A model generated the notes under the pieces. That model saw only the letters and a list, made by a program, of their open reading frames with translations, made no database searches and was not told where the DNA came from. A stretch of 60,270 bases of DNA from a virus (Duplodnaviria > Caudoviricetes): positions 1 through 60,270 of the IMG/VR virus record IMGVR_UViG_3300037473_000305; one strand, written 5' to 3'. A program made the position numbers and the translations under genes. Below are positions 56,205-60,270 of the stretch, piece by piece (within the stretch, counting starts at the first letter, position 1; the number at the start of each line of letters is the position of its first letter).

Positions 56205-56591
56205 ATGCCAATAGATTATAAAAAATATCCAAAGAACTGGAAGACTGAAATCAGGCCCGCAATACTTGAAAGGGCTAACAACTGCTGCGAGGAATGCGGA
56301 GTACATAACTACGCAACAGGAGCAAGGGATCTCGATGGGAAGTGGCATAATACAAGAGAAATATGCAGCATGAATAGTGATGTGGGATATGGTTATTTTG
56401 GAACTTTCGGAGTGCGAGACATTAAAATAGTCCTTACTATCGCCCACCTTGATCATGATATAACCAACAACGATTATTCCAATCTGAAAGCCTTATGCCA
56501 AAAGTGTCATTTAAACCTTGATAAGAATCAGCATAGGCAGAGTTCCAGAAATACAATGAATAAAAAGAAAGGATTACAAAGCCTGTTTTAA
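56205..56591 (+). CDS. HNH-family protein
   Basis: YPKNWK..R..ILERA..CCEEC...VLTIAHLDH......NLKALCQKCHL. Confidence 0.85.
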   Translation: MPIDYKKYPKNWKTEIRPAILERANNCCEECGVHNYATGARDLDGKWHNTREICSMNSDVGYGYFGTFGVRDIKIVLTIAHLDHDITNNDYSNLKALCQKCHLNLDKNQHRQSSRNTMNKKKGLQSLF

Positions 56592-56593
56592 AC

Positions 56594-59140
56594 TCAATCC
56601 ACCCTCACCCCCACCTCATCATAACCAACCCCACCCCGATCATCAACTACTTTCAGCCGGAATACATAGCTGCCCGGCACCAATCCCACCACGCGTGACA
56701 CGCGCTGCGTCGGTGTCATGATCAAACACTCCGGACCAGAAACCTTGCTCCATTCATAACTTACGATCGCACCGTCTGTATCAGATCCTAAACCAGTCAA
56801 GGTAATACCAGTAGTGATGCTCATGTCCTGCCCGGCAGATGCCCGCGGTAAGCTATTAGCCGGCCGCACGGTGACGATCATCTCATCGGATGCAGACACG
56901 CCCGTGTTGTCGGTGGCGGTTAATTTGAAGGTGTATGAGCCTTCTTTCAGGCCGCGTACTACAGTGCTCGCTGAGCCTGCGGAAACAATCACTGGCCCTG
57001 TACTTACCGCTGTTCCCTGATACCCGTATTCGCCACTGCTGTTCATATCAAGTCCAGCCGCTGACTTCTTATTATCCACATCGGTCGCAGCGCCGCCGTT
57101 CTCCAGATAGATGTAGTTCTTTGGGTATGTCGTTGTCGCCAGTCCGCCAAGTGGGCCGGCCAATAAGTTTTTTGACAGGTCAACGCGTGTTGCGCCGGTA
57201 TAGCCGTTTATCCTCACCAGGTTCTCGCCGGCAAAGGCCACGGTATTGCCCTTGAAAGTAACTACCAGGTTATCGGTACCGCGTACAGAAACGCCGTCCC
57301 GCTGGTTCTTGTACAGGAGATTATTTTCGACCAGGGCTTTGTCGCCACCGGCCGCGTATATCTGCATGAGTTCGCCCCATCCATCGTGAACCTTGTTGTC
57401 ATGCACTTCAAAGCCTTTGACCCTGCCACCGATGAGTAGACCAGCACTGTTAGCCAGTTCTTTTTTAGTCCCCCAATTCACCACCTCGTTGTTATACAAC
57501 TGCAGGTTATCGATCGCCGCGGTCTGAATACCGTCGTTCCCGATGTCATGGACGTAGTTATCGTGGATGGAGACATTCACCAGCTTCAGTGGCAGCTTGT
57601 AAGTTGTGGTGTCCTTTTGATATGTGTCGGTCGGGCTCGGATAAGCAGGTTGATTCGTCTTAACATTCCAATATGCCGCCGTGTGTCCGATGTACATGGC
57701 TTCATTAAAGGTGTTGTACACGTCGATATTGTAGAACTCGAAGTTGTTTAAGGCTCCAGTCCATGTCGCCGGCTGTCCGGGTCGCACCTCGGTTTTAGCG
57801 AAGACGCCCACCCCACCGTGGCGGATAGAGAGGTCGTGAACTAAAAAGTTATCTGACAGTTCGGATATCGCCAGATCAATGTATGCAGTCCTGACCGGAT
57901 TACCGGAAGCGTCCTTCACTGTTGAATTACTGCCGATGATCTTCAGCTTGTCTTTAGCGGTACCTGCCAGCTCAATATAATGGCAACCGCGGGCGACGAA
58001 GCCCTGCGCCCATGCGCCGCCTGACCACAGACTATCGCCGATGATAGCACCACCCGGGCCGTTAATGATGGTGATATAGTTGTCGGGTGCGCCGCTTAGA
58101 TTATAGAGAGCGACGGACTTATAGTAACCGGTTAAGTATAGCGTATCACCCGGGCGGTAAGTGCCAGAGGCATTGTCGATCACCAGGTACCCTTGGGCGT
58201 CGGGCTTGAGGGTGAAGGAGCGACCGCCTTCGGAAAGGATATCGTGAAACGCGATACCCTTATTGTTGCCGACCACCGACCACTGATATCTCACCCCCGT
58301 TCCGGTACCGTTGAGCACCACGCTGTCCTGCGGCAGACTAATCACCAGGTCCTGACCGGCATCGACAGTCAAGGGTTGATTTTTCACCGATCGCGAATAT
58401 TGCAGCATCCATTCATAAATGCTCATGGATTTGCCGTTGATGACCTGCCGGTAAGCAGGATTGTAGAACTGGTTCCAGCAGCAGTGCCCGCCGGAGTAAT
58501 TGGTGAATAAAGCATACCCGGGTAATACTTTATTTATGCTGTCAATGAGTTTTTTCGTATTGGTGCCAAACACATCAGAGGCTGTCGAGCCGAAACCCCA
58601 TACATGTACACTGTCGTTTACAAAGGCTTTGCCCCATGCTAAAGTCGCATTGCTGATCGCCGCGCTCATCGGGACAATAGCCGCGGATGACAGGTAAGGC
58701 GACGGCTGGTTGATCACGTAGTTCACACTACCATCGCCGCCGGCCGAGAGGCCAGTTAAATATATACGGGTAGTATCGATTGGGTACCGACTGATCAAGT
58801 CTTTAAGAAGGTAAGGCAGTTGTTGCCATGTGACGGAATAACTCGGGTCTTGCGGGGAAACCACGATGAATGGAAGGTCAGGCCACTGACCATGGGCAAT
58901 AAAGTATGCAGGCCCACCGGCGCCGGTACTGTTGTAGATGAGTGACAGGTCAGTACCTCTTTCACCCATGCCATGCAGGAAGACTAACAACGGATATTTA
59001 CCTGTTGCCGTCATATTCTTTGGAAGATATAACAAAGCCTGACGGGTTGCTGAGCCAACGGAAACCTTGATGATGGTTTGCGGGCCTTGGCCGAATGTCG
59101 TGGAAGTTATGAGTAGGGCTACTATCAGGAGTTTGTTCAT
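56594..59140 (-). CDS. Secreted multidomain protein: alpha/beta-hydrolase, right-handed beta-helix and PKD/Ig-like domains
   Basis: Signal peptide ending FG-Q; FLHGMGE, TGLSAGG, GGH; beta-helix repeats; AGQD...YEWSKVSGP...YVFRLKVVD. Confidence 0.85.
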   Translation of the reverse strand: MNKLLIVALLITSTTFGQGPQTIIKVSVGSATRQALLYLPKNMTATGKYPLLVFLHGMGERGTDLSLIYNSTGAGGPAYFIAHGQWPDLPFIVVSPQDPSYSVTWQQLPYLLKDLISRYPIDTTRIYLTGLSAGGDGSVNYVINQPSPYLSSAAIVPMSAAISNATLAWGKAFVNDSVHVWGFGSTASDVFGTNTKKLIDSINKVLPGYALFTNYSGGHCCWNQFYNPAYRQVINGKSMSIYEWMLQYSRSVKNQPLTVDAGQDLVISLPQDSVVLNGTGTGVRYQWSVVGNNKGIAFHDILSEGGRSFTLKPDAQGYLVIDNASGTYRPGDTLYLTGYYKSVALYNLSGAPDNYITIINGPGGAIIGDSLWSGGAWAQGFVARGCHYIELAGTAKDKLKIIGSNSTVKDASGNPVRTAYIDLAISELSDNFLVHDLSIRHGGVGVFAKTEVRPGQPATWTGALNNFEFYNIDVYNTFNEAMYIGHTAAYWNVKTNQPAYPSPTDTYQKDTTTYKLPLKLVNVSIHDNYVHDIGNDGIQTAAIDNLQLYNNEVVNWGTKKELANSAGLLIGGRVKGFEVHDNKVHDGWGELMQIYAAGGDKALVENNLLYKNQRDGVSVRGTDNLVVTFKGNTVAFAGENLVRINGYTGATRVDLSKNLLAGPLGGLATTTYPKNYIYLENGGAATDVDNKKSAAGLDMNSSGEYGYQGTAVSTGPVIVSAGSASTVVRGLKEGSYTFKLTATDNTGVSASDEMIVTVRPANSLPRASAGQDMSITTGITLTGLGSDTDGAIVSYEWSKVSGPECLIMTPTQRVSRVVGLVPGSYVFRLKVVDDRGGVGYDEVGVRVD

Positions 59141-59727
59141 TATGTTTCTTTTAGAGCATCTTTAAATTTATAATAATACATCGCGATCGCATCGGCTTTA
59201 TCGAGCCCGTTAATAATTCGCCGGGCATTAATCGGGTCTTCCTTCCTTTCATTGAAGTACATCTCCAGCGATTTGCCGGTAAAGTCGCCGAAATTGCTAT
59301 TGCCTTTGGTCATGCCCTCAAACATTATCTCGGCCGCTACTTCTGGAAGAAGCGCAAACTCGGGTTGATTTAAAAGATCGGTGTGTAATAAGCGGCTCAT
59401 CATCTCATAGTTCTCATACCAGGTCAGCTGCACATATCCACGACCATAGTATAGCTTATCCGGCGAGGTGTATGGAATTCCTGTACGCTTTAGTTTTTTT
59501 CCATACTTCCGTCCCTTGCCTTTCCCATATTCTTCAATCGGCTGCATGATCTTCGCTGTCTCATGGTAAACAGTTGCCAGCATGTAGGCCAGCCAGCGCA
59601 GATCAGTCAGTCCGCGTTTTTCCCATTCTTTCAAGATAACGTCCATACCATCCACCTGCTGCTGCGTCATTGAACCTTTGAACAGGCTCGAGCGGACAGT
59701 GTCAAAAAAGCGTTTACGATCGATCAT
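59140..59727 (-). CDS. Endolysin, GH19 chitinase/lysozyme-like
   Basis: LAYMLAT.YHET, YYGRGYVQLTW..NY, ARRIING. Confidence 0.92.
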   Translation of the reverse strand: MIDRKRFFDTVRSSLFKGSMTQQQVDGMDVILKEWEKRGLTDLRWLAYMLATVYHETAKIMQPIEEYGKGKGRKYGKKLKRTGIPYTSPDKLYYGRGYVQLTWYENYEMMSRLLHTDLLNQPEFALLPEVAAEIMFEGMTKGNSNFGDFTGKSLEMYFNERKEDPINARRIINGLDKADAIAMYYYKFKDALKET

Positions 59728-60221
59728 CCTCTTTCAAGTTTTATGTGCATTTCTCGCGGCGCCGTCTTATTGCCGCCGAAATAAATACCGAGCCTGTATT
59801 GAAACCAGCCTTTGTTATTGTGCATTACCTCCACATCAGCGAGGGCATTGTTATCTTTGTCGTCGAGGGTGAAGTAATAATGCGTTTGGGTAGTATACAG
59901 TCCGATTCCATAGGTCTCCCCGATCGTCAGATAACCGATGTGCTTTGTGATGCGCTCGCCGTTGACATAACAATAAGCGACCAGCTCAATATCATCCCGG
60001 CCTATCCAGTAGCGCCAGCCAAACCGGGCAGAGTGCGTGTGATGACCGGGCAGATAGCCGATGCCCACCAGCTTGTTAATATCCAGTTGATCAGGTGTGC
60101 CAAGGTCATACCGGCAGGTGTCGAGAAAGGCTACTCGCCAGTTAAAGACTTTTCGCCTGAACCAGAAGCCGAAGTGTATCGGTAAAGCGCGGTGGTTGCC
60201 TTGCGGAATACGGAAGATCAT
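59724..60221 (-). CDS. Beta-sandwich (lectin/ConA-like) hypothetical protein in lysis module
   Basis: Aromatic beta-rich; INKL.G...SARFGWR...YFGG...AP; ATGA-coupled to the lysin. Confidence 0.65.
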   Translation of the reverse strand: MIFRIPQGNHRALPIHFGFWFRRKVFNWRVAFLDTCRYDLGTPDQLDINKLVGIGYLPGHHTHSARFGWRYWIGRDDIELVAYCYVNGERITKHIGYLTIGETYGIGLYTTQTHYYFTLDDKDNNALADVEVMHNNKGWFQYRLGIYFGGNKTAPREMHIKLERG

Positions 60222-60270
60222 TTCTTACCGGACAGGGTGAAAAAACCAATAAGTCCGCCGATAATAAGGC
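60111..60270. repeat. Right copy of terminal overlap
   Basis: Direct repeat of 1..160. Confidence 0.95.

Larger units (their letters stand above)
1..60270. mobile_element. Complete temperate tailed phage genome (siphovirus-like), probable Bacteroidota host
   Basis: Terminase, portal, protease, HK97-like capsid, tape measure, lysin, integrase with attP, repressor, DnaB; circular overlap; no host housekeeping genes; no tail sheath recognised. Confidence 0.93.

Noticed and set aside
1-60270. Stop-codon reassignment
   Set aside because: Core genes are full length and densely packed under the standard bacterial code

Overview
This window is an apparently complete, circularly closed genome (about 60.1 kb plus a 160-bp end overlap) of a temperate long-tailed phage. 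The host is probably a Bacteroidota bacterium, possibly Chitinophagaceae-like, judging from TAnnTTTG-type promoters, Gln-rule signal peptides and a Bacteroidota-type tyrosine integrase. Most genes are on the minus strand: early, recombination and replication genes (about 50.0 to 31 kb), terS-terL, a 7.3-kb cassette of about 7 glycosyltransferase-like and 3 methyltransferase-like genes, a Com-like zinc finger, HK97-type portal/protease/capsid, tail genes, and a lysis region that wraps the contig ends (holin-like genes, a spanin-like gene, a GH19 endolysin and a large secreted esterase/beta-helix/PKD protein). The repressor, morons and HTH genes flank the integrase and an intact attP resembling a tRNA-Cys 3' end. 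The most notable signals are: (1) the glycan-building cassette inside the head module, a candidate virion glycosylation system; (2) a tailspike-like protein with a Sec-like signal peptide and a dense run of Bacteroidota O-glycosylation sequons; (3) a two-chain C5 methyltransferase with its second subunit nested in another frame; (4) a Com-like protein with a candidate RNA target on the portal leader; (5) several structured non-coding elements. All calls come from reading motifs by eye; no searches were run.
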